Assembly: GCA_045578445.1 (NCBI GenBank)
Contig: JAZNKG010000019.1
Span: 21 to 64,020, forward strand
Direction: 5' to 3'
Length of the DNA: 64,000 bases
Source: Alphaproteobacteria bacterium
Lineage (GTDB): Bacteria; Pseudomonadota; Alphaproteobacteria; RF32; CAG-239
Shown piece by piece: positions 9,315-19,690 of the stretch. A program made the position numbers and the translations under genes. Under the pieces are notes generated by a model. That model was not told the DNA's origin. It worked only from the letters and a program-made list of their open reading frames with translations, and did no database searches. The stretch's first letter is position 1, and every line of letters begins with the position of its first letter.

Positions 9315-10322
9315 ATGTCAAAAATTGCAGTAGCCGGTGTGAAAAGTGGTCTAGGTCGTGAATTCTTAAATCTATTAAGTGAAAACAACTACTCTCCTGA
9401 TGATGTGGTAGCTCTAGAAGCTAAATCTCCTTTAGGAACACTTGTTTCTTACGGAGAAGATGATGAATTAGATGTATATTCACTTGATGAATATGATTTT
9501 AATAATGTTGATATTGTAGTTTTTGCCACAACAAAAGAAATAGGAAAGCGCTATATTAAAAAAGCAGTATCTGCAAAATGTAAGGTAATAGACCTATCTG
9601 GTGCAACTTTTACGGATAGTAATATTCCTATGGTTATTCCAGAAATTAATGGCGATATATTAAAAAATGGTATCCAAGCAGTGAGTGTTCCTTCATCATC
9701 TGTATACCAAACTTTATTACCATTAGCAGAAACCTTAAAAACAAATACATTAAAGCGTTTAGTTATAACAACATTCAACTCAACATCATATTATGGTCAT
9801 GTGGCTATGGATGAATTATTTAGCCAATCTCGCAAAATTTTCTTGAATGAAACATTGGCAGATAATCAACAAGTTTTCAAAAAACAAATAGCATTCAATG
9901 TATTACCACAAGTTGGAGAGTTTATTGGGGAAGAAACATCTTTAGAGTGGAGTATAAATGCAGAGGTTAAAAAACTACTCAATTCAGATATAAAAGTTCA
10001 CGCAAACTGCGCCTTTGTTCCAACATTTATAGGCGATGGAGCTTTCATAAATGCTGAATTTGAAAATGAAGTAGATGCTACCGAAGTAAGAAATCAAATG
10101 AAACAAGTAAAAAATGTTGTCGTATTTGATAAAAATGTTGATGGCGGATATGTGAGTGTTGATGATATACAAGGTGAAGATAACATCTATATTTCTCGTA
10201 TTCGACAAGATGTGTCAACAGAAAACGGTGTAAGCTACTGGAGTGTTGCCGATAATCTAAGAGCAGGTGGGGCAAAACTTGCATTTGAAGTTATGGTGTT
10301 AATGACAAGAAATATCCATTAA
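9315..10322 (+). CDS. USG-1-like member of the aspartate-semialdehyde dehydrogenase family (catalytic residues substituted)
   Basis: 335 aa, colinear with Asd/Usg (PMVIPEIN, AFNVLPQ, SVADNLRAGGA). The Asd NCS cysteine box reads SSS (aa 127-129) and the GHS histidine box reads GDG (aa 240-242). Confidence 0.7.
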   Translation: MSKIAVAGVKSGLGREFLNLLSENNYSPDDVVALEAKSPLGTLVSYGEDDELDVYSLDEYDFNNVDIVVFATTKEIGKRYIKKAVSAKCKVIDLSGATFTDSNIPMVIPEINGDILKNGIQAVSVPSSSVYQTLLPLAETLKTNTLKRLVITTFNSTSYYGHVAMDELFSQSRKIFLNETLADNQQVFKKQIAFNVLPQVGEFIGEETSLEWSINAEVKKLLNSDIKVHANCAFVPTFIGDGAFINAEFENEVDATEVRNQMKQVKNVVVFDKNVDGGYVSVDDIQGEDNIYISRIRQDVSTENGVSYWSVADNLRAGGAKLAFEVMVLMTRNIH

Positions 10323-10358
10323 TCTTCTATATCTATCAATTTTTTTAAGGATACAGCC

Positions 10359-12785
10359 ATGAGCAAAATATTTAAAATTCTAGTTTTAGGCATAATGTTA
10401 ATTTCATCACATATAACATATGCAGAAGAAACAGTACAACTAGATGCTTCATCTGAAGTTCAATATGATGTTGCAAATTTTGAATATCAAAAAATAAGAG
10501 ATGAGCTAGACCTTATCGAAAATGATTTAAAAAACAATAACTTTACCCGTCAAAGTTTAGAAGATACATTAAATAATTTAAGCGAAAGAGATATAGAACT
10601 AAGCTTAATAATTCAAGCTGTAGAAAAAATGTCAAAATATGCCCAAGCTTCACTAGATGCATTAGGACAAGCCCCAGATGAAGGCGAAACAGAAGATGAA
10701 TCAATAACTAAACTTCGTGAAGAATATACAGCCACAGTTAATGGATATAAAGAAAAAATTATAAAAGCAAATCTATTAAAATCAGATATTACCCGTTTAA
10801 ATGCGGTTGTTGGTGAAATTAGAGGAAGGATGCTTATAGGAAACCTTGTATCTGAGCAAAAATTAATAACCGAACCAAAAACATTTTTCAAAGCAATAGC
10901 TGATGGTGCAGTTTTTATATGGCAAATAGCATTTTCTCCAATAGAATGGTATAAAGGCTTAGACGCTGAAGATAAATCTAAGTTTTATAAAAATGTTTGG
11001 TATGTGTTGTTAATTTTAACATTTGCTCTATCTCTTGGTTTATTTTTAAGAGGTTTTATTATAAAGCATTGGGGATATTTACGACACACTGATGACATTC
11101 CAAGATATGGTCAAAAAATTGTTGTTGCAATAGCTACCGCTATAGCATACGGAGTTATACCTTCATTAATAGTAGGTGGATGTTTACTGTGGCAAGTAAC
11201 AGATGGAACATTAAATGATGTAAATTTTGGAAAAGTCCTAGCCTGCATTCTATATTATGGATTAATTATGATATTAGCTCGAGCAATAGCTAGAGTAATT
11301 TTAGCCCCATGGAATGGTAAATGGCGCTTATTTAATGTCTCAGATGAAAAAGCTGAAAAGATTTTTTCTGCAGTAACTTTTTCAATTATAATACTAGGTA
11401 CAATGTATTGCTTAGATAAAATATCAACATATTATGAAATATCAAGTGATCTCGCACTACTCATAGATGTATCAATGGATATCGCAAAAGCTCTATCAAT
11501 CATCTTAATAACTGCTCGTATATTTAGTCAAGATACCTCAAAAGAAGAAGAAACAGAAGACAATACAGAAGAAACAAGCGAAGAAATAGAAAGTATGAGC
11601 ACTTCAGCAAAAGTTATATTTTTCATATCATTATTTGCTATAATCACATTAGGAGTATCATTTTTAGGATATCCAGGACTAGCAACGTATATTTTTGATA
11701 GATTCTTCTTATCAATAATAATGTTGGCAGGTTTTATAATTTTGCGAGCATTAATATCAGACTTATTACGCCGTAGCATAGTATTTTGGATATCAACATT
11801 CAAATTGCGTAAACGCTTGTTATCAAAAGCAGACTTCTTTATGTCTTTATTAGTAACCCCAGTTTTAGCAATGCTATTTATATACTCTTTATTAAGTGTT
11901 TGGGGTGTTCCTGGTAAATTTATGCTAAATGGCTTAAAAAAGCTTGTATTTGGTTTTAAAGTAGGTGGAATACAAATATCATTAGTAGCAATAGCAACGG
12001 GACTATTAGTATTTTTAGTATCAATAACCATTGTAAGAATGTTAAGAGTAAGAATAAGCCAAAATTTATTGAACCGAATAAATATGGATGAAGGTATAAA
12101 ACACTCTCTTATATCTGGTTTTAGCTTCACTGGTTTCATAATAGCATGCATATTAGCTATTATAGCGATGGGTGTAGATTTATCAAATCTCGCAGTGATT
12201 GCCGGTGCTTTATCCGTTGGTATCGGTTTTGGATTACAAGATGTTATTAAAAATCTAGTATCAGGTATAATAATTTTATTTGAGCGTCCATTTAAGGTTG
12301 GTGATTGGGTAATCATTAATGGAGATGAAGGTAAAATTAAGCAAATTAATATCCGTTCAACCGAGTTAGAAACATGGACCAGACAGAGTGTAATTATACC
12401 AAATGCTACATTAATCTCATCATCACTTGTAAATCTAACTCATAACAATAATTGGCAGCGCCAAACAATAGCCGTAGGTGTGTCTTATGATGCAGATGCA
12501 GATGTTGTAACAAAATTACTATTAGAATGTGTAAAATCATGCAAAAAAGTAGCAAAAGTACCAGCTCCATACGTTATATTTAAAGATTTTGGCTCATCAT
12601 CACTAGATTTTGAAGTAAGATTCTATGTTTCTGATATTTGGAATAGTTGGACAGCCGAAAGTGACATCAGGTATGAAATTTTAAGACGTTTCCGCGAAGA
12701 AAATATCAATATCGCATACCCACAACTAGTTATCCATAAAGGTAGCCAAGATACATCTATTAAAGGATGGCAAACAAACGTATAA
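10359..12785 (+). CDS. Mechanosensitive channel, MscK/KefA-like (MscS family)
   Basis: 808 aa with a signal peptide, a periplasmic coiled-coil region and multiple TM helices. The MscS core is GFGLQDVIKNLVSGIIILFERPFKVGDWV. Confidence 0.85.
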   Translation: MSKIFKILVLGIMLISSHITYAEETVQLDASSEVQYDVANFEYQKIRDELDLIENDLKNNNFTRQSLEDTLNNLSERDIELSLIIQAVEKMSKYAQASLDALGQAPDEGETEDESITKLREEYTATVNGYKEKIIKANLLKSDITRLNAVVGEIRGRMLIGNLVSEQKLITEPKTFFKAIADGAVFIWQIAFSPIEWYKGLDAEDKSKFYKNVWYVLLILTFALSLGLFLRGFIIKHWGYLRHTDDIPRYGQKIVVAIATAIAYGVIPSLIVGGCLLWQVTDGTLNDVNFGKVLACILYYGLIMILARAIARVILAPWNGKWRLFNVSDEKAEKIFSAVTFSIIILGTMYCLDKISTYYEISSDLALLIDVSMDIAKALSIILITARIFSQDTSKEEETEDNTEETSEEIESMSTSAKVIFFISLFAIITLGVSFLGYPGLATYIFDRFFLSIIMLAGFIILRALISDLLRRSIVFWISTFKLRKRLLSKADFFMSLLVTPVLAMLFIYSLLSVWGVPGKFMLNGLKKLVFGFKVGGIQISLVAIATGLLVFLVSITIVRMLRVRISQNLLNRINMDEGIKHSLISGFSFTGFIIACILAIIAMGVDLSNLAVIAGALSVGIGFGLQDVIKNLVSGIIILFERPFKVGDWVIINGDEGKIKQINIRSTELETWTRQSVIIPNATLISSSLVNLTHNNNWQRQTIAVGVSYDADADVVTKLLLECVKSCKKVAKVPAPYVIFKDFGSSSLDFEVRFYVSDIWNSWTAESDIRYEILRRFREENINIAYPQLVIHKGSQDTSIKGWQTNV

Positions 12786-12802
12786 TAAAGGAATAAAAAA
12801 TA

Positions 12803-14914
12803 ATGCAACACGAACTATTATCTCCTGCAGGAAGTATAGAGGCAGGATATGCTGCCCTCCATTATGGAGCGGATGCCGTATATTTAGGTCTAACCAAATT
12901 TTCTGCACGAGCAGGGGCTGAAAATTTTACTGCTGATGAATTAAATGAATTTACTGCTTATGCTCATTCAAAAGGTAAAAAAGTATTTGTTGCATTAAAT
13001 ACGATATTAACAGAGGACGAGGTAAAAGAATTACCTGAAACCTTTGCCATAATTCGAAGGTGTAAAGTAGATGCCTTAATTATCCAAGATTTAGGCGTAT
13101 TATATTTAGCAAAGAAACTAATTCCAGAGGTGGAATTACACGCAAGTACACAAATGGCAGTACATAATGTTGAAGGTGCAAAATACTTGCAATCATTAGG
13201 TTTTAAAAGAGTTGTGCTAGCAAGAGAGTTAACACTAAAAGAAATAGAAAATATTGCTAAAACACTACCAGATTTAGATTTAGAAGTGTTTGTACATGGC
13301 GCTCTATGTTATTCCTATAGCGGACAATGTTTATTTTCTGCACTAGAATATGGCAAAAGTGCCAACAGAGGAAGATGTATATATCCATGTCGTTCAATTT
13401 TTCAAAATGATGTATCTACATCATTAAAGTCATCACATCTATTTTCTATGAAAGACTTGGCACTAGAAGAAAAAGTCCTTAAAATTCCTGCTTTATCACT
13501 AAAAATAGAAGGAAGAAAAAAATCTCCATTGTATGTGAGTGCTGTAACTAATTACTATCGTCATATTCTAGATGGAAAAAAGAAAGACATTTCTGAAGCA
13601 GAAGATATAAAACAAATTTTTTCACGCCCATGGTGTCAATTTCATTTTAATGGCAAAGATAAAGAAATTGTTGATGCTAATTTTGTTGGGCATAGAGGCT
13701 TAATTATAGGTAAAGTTGAAAAGGTAAACAAAAAACGCCTAACTTTTAAGACATCACACAAAATAGCTCGTTATGATGGCATACAAATAGATGTTAGAGG
13801 GGATGAAAAACCTTTTGGTTTCAGCATCAAGTCATTGTATGTTAAAAATAAACCAGTTTTTGAAGTAGAAAACTCAAGTGTTGTAGAAGTTGAGTTGCCA
13901 GAAGAAAGACCACATTTAGAAATAGGTTCGCCAATCTATTTAGCTTCATCAACAGAAGTAAAAGGAAAATATAGCTACATAAAGCCAAAACCCAAAGAAT
14001 ATCAAAATTTAATACCATTAGATGTAAATATAGAAATTAGTAAAAATAAAATTTGGGCAATGTCTGATGAAACAGTTGTATATATTGAAGGAGATTTTGA
14101 AAAGGCAAAAGACGCAACAAAAGTTATAGAAACAATACAAAAGTCATTTAACAAAACAGGTGGTACAAATTTTTATATAAATTCGCTAAAAATAATTAAT
14201 AATAATGAGTTATTTGTTCCCGTTTCTGTATTAAATGAACTGCGTAGAAAATTATTAGATACAGTAACTATAAAGGAAAATCCAATAGTATTGCCAGCAA
14301 TAAAGCCATATAAAAACACAAGCAAAGAAGAGGAATTTTCTGTATATAGAATAGAAATAAATACAAATGTAGAAAATCTTAATAAAGAACAAATTTCTAA
14401 TACATATTTTATATTACCACAAATCTGTAGAAATACCCAAAAACTAAAGCAAGTAATAGAAAAACTATATAACTTAGGGGCAAGGTTATTTGTAGCCGAA
14501 AATTACTATGCATTTGAAATAATGAAAGTATATAAAGATATTACTCTTGCATCAGGTGGATTTTTATATGTAATGAATAGTTATGCAACAGCACAATTAA
14601 AAGAAATGAACATAAAATGGTGTATTCCAGCCCTAGAGAGTTCACCCGAAAATATGGAAGAAATCGCTAATAATTCGTCATTACCAATTGTACAAGTAAC
14701 AAAAGGCAATCCACCGCTATTTACTTCAGCAGTATGTATTCGCGAAAATGCTTGTAAAGATTGCAATCAAAAAGAAAAAATATATCATCTTAAAAAAGAT
14801 GGCAAAGAGTATACGGCAATATCTAAAAACTGCCAAATACAATTATTTAATAAAAAGCCATATTCAAGAGATAAAATTAAAGCAAATATATATGGTATTA
14901 TAAAAAATTACTAA
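12803..14914 (+). CDS. Peptidase U32 family protein (long form, YdcP/RlhA-like)
   Basis: 703 aa. N-terminus ELLSPAGSIEAGYAALHYGADAVYLGL..FSARAGAENFT and the Cys-rich GALCYSYSGQCLFS..RGRCIYPCR segment are typical of U32 proteins. Confidence 0.8.
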   Translation: MQHELLSPAGSIEAGYAALHYGADAVYLGLTKFSARAGAENFTADELNEFTAYAHSKGKKVFVALNTILTEDEVKELPETFAIIRRCKVDALIIQDLGVLYLAKKLIPEVELHASTQMAVHNVEGAKYLQSLGFKRVVLARELTLKEIENIAKTLPDLDLEVFVHGALCYSYSGQCLFSALEYGKSANRGRCIYPCRSIFQNDVSTSLKSSHLFSMKDLALEEKVLKIPALSLKIEGRKKSPLYVSAVTNYYRHILDGKKKDISEAEDIKQIFSRPWCQFHFNGKDKEIVDANFVGHRGLIIGKVEKVNKKRLTFKTSHKIARYDGIQIDVRGDEKPFGFSIKSLYVKNKPVFEVENSSVVEVELPEERPHLEIGSPIYLASSTEVKGKYSYIKPKPKEYQNLIPLDVNIEISKNKIWAMSDETVVYIEGDFEKAKDATKVIETIQKSFNKTGGTNFYINSLKIINNNELFVPVSVLNELRRKLLDTVTIKENPIVLPAIKPYKNTSKEEEFSVYRIEINTNVENLNKEQISNTYFILPQICRNTQKLKQVIEKLYNLGARLFVAENYYAFEIMKVYKDITLASGGFLYVMNSYATAQLKEMNIKWCIPALESSPENMEEIANNSSLPIVQVTKGNPPLFTSAVCIRENACKDCNQKEKIYHLKKDGKEYTAISKNCQIQLFNKKPYSRDKIKANIYGIIKNY

Positions 14915-15012
14915 TTAGTCGTTGATAAGTATATAAATGTTTTTGCTAATCTGAATATATTGATTAAACTTCAGATACTTGAACTTATTGGACTAACAAA
15001 CAGGACTATATT

Positions 15013-15876
15013 ATGAAAAAAACAATTGTGACTTTAGCTGTATTATCAGCATTTTTAACCCCAAGTATAACAATGGCAGAAGAAACAGTGGCAGATAAAG
15101 CATCGTTAAAAGCAAATATTAAACGTATTGCCTTAGAATATATGGAGCATAGTGTATCAAACAAAAGTGATCCTAATTATCCTGATTCTTATAATTCTGA
15201 TGAGCAAAGCACAATAGGTGGATTGTTTGACGGAAATATTACTTATGAAACAGCAAGCAAAGTTTGGGTAAACGGCTTATTTGCAAATTATAGCAAATCT
15301 GAAACAACAGAAGATAACATAAAAACTGAAAACGAAAATACAGACGAAATCATATTGTTTACAGACTATACACAAAAGATATGGCAATTAGAAGAAGGTG
15401 TGGTTGGTCCGTTCGGATATTTAGGTTATGAAACAGAGTTTACTACATTTGACTTAAACGGAGATAGTTATCGTACAAAAATATTACGTGCTAAAGCCGG
15501 TCTAAAGTTATATGATGGTAAATACTTTAAGCAATTATATGCAGCTCTTATCGAAGAAGATGATATGACATATAATAACGATAATATGAAGAGCGGTGCG
15601 GAAATCGGTTATGAATTTAGCTATCCAATTAATGAAAACACTTCATTTGTATCTGATGGATATTATCGTCACTTCTTTAGCTATAGCGAAAAAGAACCAA
15701 CAGATTTTGAATATAAGTTGGCCTTTAACAATCGCATAGAAACAAAATTAACTGGAGATTTATATTTAGCACCATTCTACAATTATGAATTAGCTGAAAC
15801 AAGAGGTGCTTCAAAATCAAGAGCACAAAGCACGTTTGGTCTTTCTTTAAGTTATAACAAAAGTTTTGATTTATAA
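15013..15876 (+). CDS. Putative outer-membrane beta-barrel protein
   Basis: Signal peptide MKKTIVTLAVLSAFLTPSITMA-E. Alternating aromatic/hydrophilic strands run to the C-terminus (FGLSLSYNKSFDL). Confidence 0.55.
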   Translation: MKKTIVTLAVLSAFLTPSITMAEETVADKASLKANIKRIALEYMEHSVSNKSDPNYPDSYNSDEQSTIGGLFDGNITYETASKVWVNGLFANYSKSETTEDNIKTENENTDEIILFTDYTQKIWQLEEGVVGPFGYLGYETEFTTFDLNGDSYRTKILRAKAGLKLYDGKYFKQLYAALIEEDDMTYNNDNMKSGAEIGYEFSYPINENTSFVSDGYYRHFFSYSEKEPTDFEYKLAFNNRIETKLTGDLYLAPFYNYELAETRGASKSRAQSTFGLSLSYNKSFDL

Positions 15877-15893
15877 TTATAGGGAATACAAAA

Positions 15894-17480
15894 ATGAAAA
15901 TAGTAGAAATAGAAAACAAGATAAAAACAAGTCTAAGCTTATTTTATGAAAGATATAAACTAGAGTTATGGGTATCTTTTGCCTTAATAAATCTTGCTTT
16001 TCTATTTCATACTATAAATTTCATATCAGGAGACCATGACTGGAATTATATAAAAGCTCCAAACTATTGGAGCGAAGGTGCTTTTGAAGGTAGACCATTA
16101 CACTTTGTTTTACAGTCAATATTATTTGATGGGCACGTGCTACCAATACTAAACAATGCTGTATCATTTTTTGCCTTAGCATTAAGCGGTATATTATTAG
16201 CAAAATATTGGCAAATTCCATATTCAAAAACAAATTATATCCTATTTAGTGTATTCACCGCAACTCTGCCATATACAATGGTTTGGTTGTTTTATGCCAA
16301 AGATATGCTAATAAACTTAAGCCTGCCATTAATAGGAGTGTCATCATTACTCTTAGCAGAAAAAGCAATCAAGCGCAAAAACATATATTATCATATAATA
16401 GCCACTTTATTGATGTTTTTTGCATTTGCTTCTTATGTGGCTATGGTAAACTTTTATGGTGTATGTTTCCTATCTTATATACTTATTTCTTATATTAACA
16501 AAAAAGAAAATATCTTTAGCATTATAAAGCAAAATTTGCCAGTTATTGCCGACATGGTAGTAGGCTTAATATTGTTTAAAATTTCTCTATATATGACTAA
16601 TGTAGAAAATTCATACAATACTCAAATAATAAGTTTAGATTACTTGCCCAAAAAAATTATAGATACAATATCTGTGATGTTTGAGCAATTTGTTACCGTA
16701 TTACCTTTTATGGAATATAAATACAAACTACTATTACTTGTAATGAGTGTATTAGCATTAGTGTTAATATTAGCTAAGGCAAAAGTGAAAAAAAGTTTTA
16801 TAAGCATATTATTGATTTTAGGTATATTATTTTCATCAAAGCTAGCATATTTTATTGCAGATGAACGTGGTCAAATATTAGCTGAGATGGAAAATTTTGC
16901 TTTTGTTCCAAGATTAGATTTTTATGGTCTAGTATATGTATATGCATTCGCGCTAGCATGTATTTTGCAATATACTAAAAAATACCTATATAAAACAGCA
17001 ATTGCTCTTGTATGTGTCATAACCTTTATGTCATTTGTGCGCGATATGTATGCACAAAAGGTATGGAAATTAGGTTTTGATGCCGAGATGAAAGCACATG
17101 AAAGAATAGTAACAAGAATAGAAGAACATCCATTTTTCTATCCTAATCGTCAATACCGCTTATTGCAAATAGGAAGTTTGTCGCTAAGAGAGAATTACTA
17201 CAGAAAGGATATTAGAGAAATAGTAAGTCTTGACTTATTATCAACATCATTTACTCCTGAGTTTATGTCACGCATTGTATATAATTTTTATTATCCTAAA
17301 AATATATTCTACAATAATGCAACAGTAGATGATTTATCTCCTTATGGACATCAATTTTTATTTACAGAAGCTAAACCTTTTCCGCAAGAAGGCTCAATAT
17401 TCATAGACAGAGATATTATAATCGTAGTCCTTACAGAAGAGGGATTATATAAAGCAAAAAGTAAACTTGCTCGTAAGTAA
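15894..17480 (+). CDS. Polytopic inner-membrane protein (possible GT-C-type glycosyltransferase)
   Basis: 528 aa with at least 10 hydrophobic helices and a soluble C-terminal domain. The functional call is speculative. Confidence 0.5.
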   Translation: MKIVEIENKIKTSLSLFYERYKLELWVSFALINLAFLFHTINFISGDHDWNYIKAPNYWSEGAFEGRPLHFVLQSILFDGHVLPILNNAVSFFALALSGILLAKYWQIPYSKTNYILFSVFTATLPYTMVWLFYAKDMLINLSLPLIGVSSLLLAEKAIKRKNIYYHIIATLLMFFAFASYVAMVNFYGVCFLSYILISYINKKENIFSIIKQNLPVIADMVVGLILFKISLYMTNVENSYNTQIISLDYLPKKIIDTISVMFEQFVTVLPFMEYKYKLLLLVMSVLALVLILAKAKVKKSFISILLILGILFSSKLAYFIADERGQILAEMENFAFVPRLDFYGLVYVYAFALACILQYTKKYLYKTAIALVCVITFMSFVRDMYAQKVWKLGFDAEMKAHERIVTRIEEHPFFYPNRQYRLLQIGSLSLRENYYRKDIREIVSLDLLSTSFTPEFMSRIVYNFYYPKNIFYNNATVDDLSPYGHQFLFTEAKPFPQEGSIFIDRDIIIVVLTEEGLYKAKSKLARK

Positions 17481-17511
17481 AAAAATAAAGCCTCTGTTAC
17501 AGAGGCTTTTT
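17481..17511. terminator. Bidirectional rho-independent terminator
   Basis: Stem AGCCTCTG/CAGAGGCT (17489-17507) with flanking A- and T-runs, between convergent genes. Confidence 0.8.
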
Positions 17512-17514
17512 ATC

Positions 17515-18780
17515 TTATTTATTAAGAAGATTAATCACTTCATCAAAACTCAAGAATTTATCTTTACCACATCCTAAAATCGTATAAGTAGGCATTGTTG
17601 TAAAGATATTTTGCGCAGTTTGTTGTAAATCTTCTCTAGTAATACTTTCAATTTTTTCTACAATCTCATCAGACGGTATAATTCGATTAAATAAAACCAT
17701 CTGCCTAGCCATAATTTCTGCAGTTGTAGAAGAACTTTCTAAAGACATCAAAAGACTTGCCTTTATTTGAGTTTTTGCTCTATTAAGCTCTGTTTCCGTA
17801 ACAAGCTCGTTCATTAATTTCTTACTTTCGTCAATAACAACTGGCAAAAGTTCTCCAAGTTCGTTAGGAGTTGTTCCTGCATAAATACCAAAAATACCAG
17901 AGTTTTTTAGAGCTTGATTGAAACTATTGATTGTATATACTAAACCACGTTTTTCACGAATTTCTTGAAAAAGACGAGAAGACATACTACCACCAAAAAT
18001 AGTAGAAAGAACAGAGTATTTATAGTAGTTATCATCTTTATAAGAAGCACCTTTAAAACCTAAAACTACGTGAGTTTGCTCAATATCTTTACAAACAAGC
18101 TTTTCCCCACCTACATAAATTTGTTTATCTTCAACAAAATTAGCTTTAGGATTAAGCTCATTCATGCGTTCTTCAATAATTTTTATAAAATTATCATGCT
18201 TAACATTACCAACAGCAACCACAACCATATTATCTGCAGTATAATGTGTTTTCATATAATCAAACATGCGCTCTTTATTAAATCCACGTACAATTTCAGG
18301 TGTACCAAGAATAGTGCGTCCAGTTGCCTGATTCGGAAAGGCTGTTTCTTGAAAATAATCAAAAACCAAATCATCAGGCGCATCAATAGATTGCTTGATT
18401 TCTTGAACAACAACTTCTTTTTCTTTAGTCATTTCTCCTTCATCAAAGGTAGGAGAAGTTACAAAGTCACAAATAACATCAGCCGCTAGCTCAACATCAT
18501 TTTTTAGCATTTTAGCATAAAAACAAGTAAAGTGCCTAGAAGTATAAGCATTAGTAGAACCACCAACATTTTCAATATCTTCAGATATTTGTAATGAATT
18601 TCTTTTTTTAGTTCCCTTAAAAACCATATGTTCTATAAAGTGAGAAATACCATTATCATCTTTAGTCTCAGAAGCCGAACCAGTATGAACCCAAATTCCC
18701 AAAGATACACTTTCAATTTGAGGTCTTTCCGCAGTAATAATTCTAAGCCCATTTTTTAATACTGATTGTCTAATATCCAT
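17515..18780 (-). CDS. M16 family (pitrilysin/MPP-like) zinc peptidase
   Basis: 421 aa with the inverted zinc motif HFIEHMVFKGT (HxxEH). Confidence 0.9.
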   Translation of the reverse strand: MDIRQSVLKNGLRIITAERPQIESVSLGIWVHTGSASETKDDNGISHFIEHMVFKGTKKRNSLQISEDIENVGGSTNAYTSRHFTCFYAKMLKNDVELAADVICDFVTSPTFDEGEMTKEKEVVVQEIKQSIDAPDDLVFDYFQETAFPNQATGRTILGTPEIVRGFNKERMFDYMKTHYTADNMVVVAVGNVKHDNFIKIIEERMNELNPKANFVEDKQIYVGGEKLVCKDIEQTHVVLGFKGASYKDDNYYKYSVLSTIFGGSMSSRLFQEIREKRGLVYTINSFNQALKNSGIFGIYAGTTPNELGELLPVVIDESKKLMNELVTETELNRAKTQIKASLLMSLESSSTTAEIMARQMVLFNRIIPSDEIVEKIESITREDLQQTAQNIFTTMPTYTILGCGKDKFLSFDEVINLLNK

Positions 18781-18948
18781 TTTAACCCATCACCATAAAG
18801 TTGCACATAATTTATATAAATCAATAAAACATATAAAATTTAAGTCAATAAATTTCATTATAAAAAAGTATATAAAAGCCTAGTACTTAAAAAAATTTTA
18901 ATCTTCTATATTTATATAGAAAAATATATTAAATTTTAAAGATAGGAG

Positions 18949-19620
18949 ATGAAAATGAAAAAAATGCCAAGATTTGCGGTGGTTTTATCTGGATGTGGTC
19001 GAGCAGATGGTTCTGAAATACACGAAAGTGTAACAGCATTATTAGCCATAGATTGTGCTGGATGTACTTATCAATGCTATGCTCCAAATATCAATCAAAG
19101 CGCAGTTATAAATAACCTAACATCTCAACAAATGAATGAAACAAGAAATGTACTTATCGAGTCGGCTCGTATCGCTAGGGGAGAAATTAAGGATTTAAAA
19201 GACTTAAAACCAACAGATTATGACTGTATATTATTTCCAGGAGGTTTCGGTGCTATAACCAATTGGTGCGATTTTGCTCAAAATGGTATAAATTGCAATG
19301 TTGAAGTATCAGTAAGTAAAGCCTTAGAAGATGCATATAAAAATAAAAAAATAATCGGAGCAATGTGTATCGCTCCAGTAACAATAGCTAAAGTACTAGG
19401 GAAATATGGTATAACCGTAACAATTGGTAACGATAAAAAAACAGCACAAGTTATAGAACAAACAGGCGCAAAGCATCAAAATACAATAGTAACAGAAGCA
19501 TGTGTCGATTCTAATAATAAAGTAGTTACCACATCAGCCTATATGCTAGCAAAATCTATCAAAGAAGTTGCAACTGGTGCTAAAGCAATGGTTGAAGCTA
19601 TGATAAATTTAGCAGAATAA
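18949..19620 (+). CDS. elbB: DJ-1/PfpI-superfamily protein ElbB (isoprenoid biosynthesis glyoxalase-like)
   Basis: FAVVLSGCGRADGSEIHESVTALLAI and the nucleophile-elbow MCIAP are typical of ElbB. Confidence 0.8.
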   Translation: MKMKKMPRFAVVLSGCGRADGSEIHESVTALLAIDCAGCTYQCYAPNINQSAVINNLTSQQMNETRNVLIESARIARGEIKDLKDLKPTDYDCILFPGGFGAITNWCDFAQNGINCNVEVSVSKALEDAYKNKKIIGAMCIAPVTIAKVLGKYGITVTIGNDKKTAQVIEQTGAKHQNTIVTEACVDSNNKVVTTSAYMLAKSIKEVATGAKAMVEAMINLAE

Positions 19621-19690
19621 ACTCTTGACAAGATATCAAAATAAGTCGTATACAAGGCATAAGAAAATAATAATTTAAATATATATATGT

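Noticed and set aside
11528-12316. 262-aa antisense ORF inside the MscK-like gene.
   Set aside because: It lies fully within a well-supported CDS on the other strand. Long antisense ORFs are expected in AT-rich genes with biased codon use, and it has no motif.
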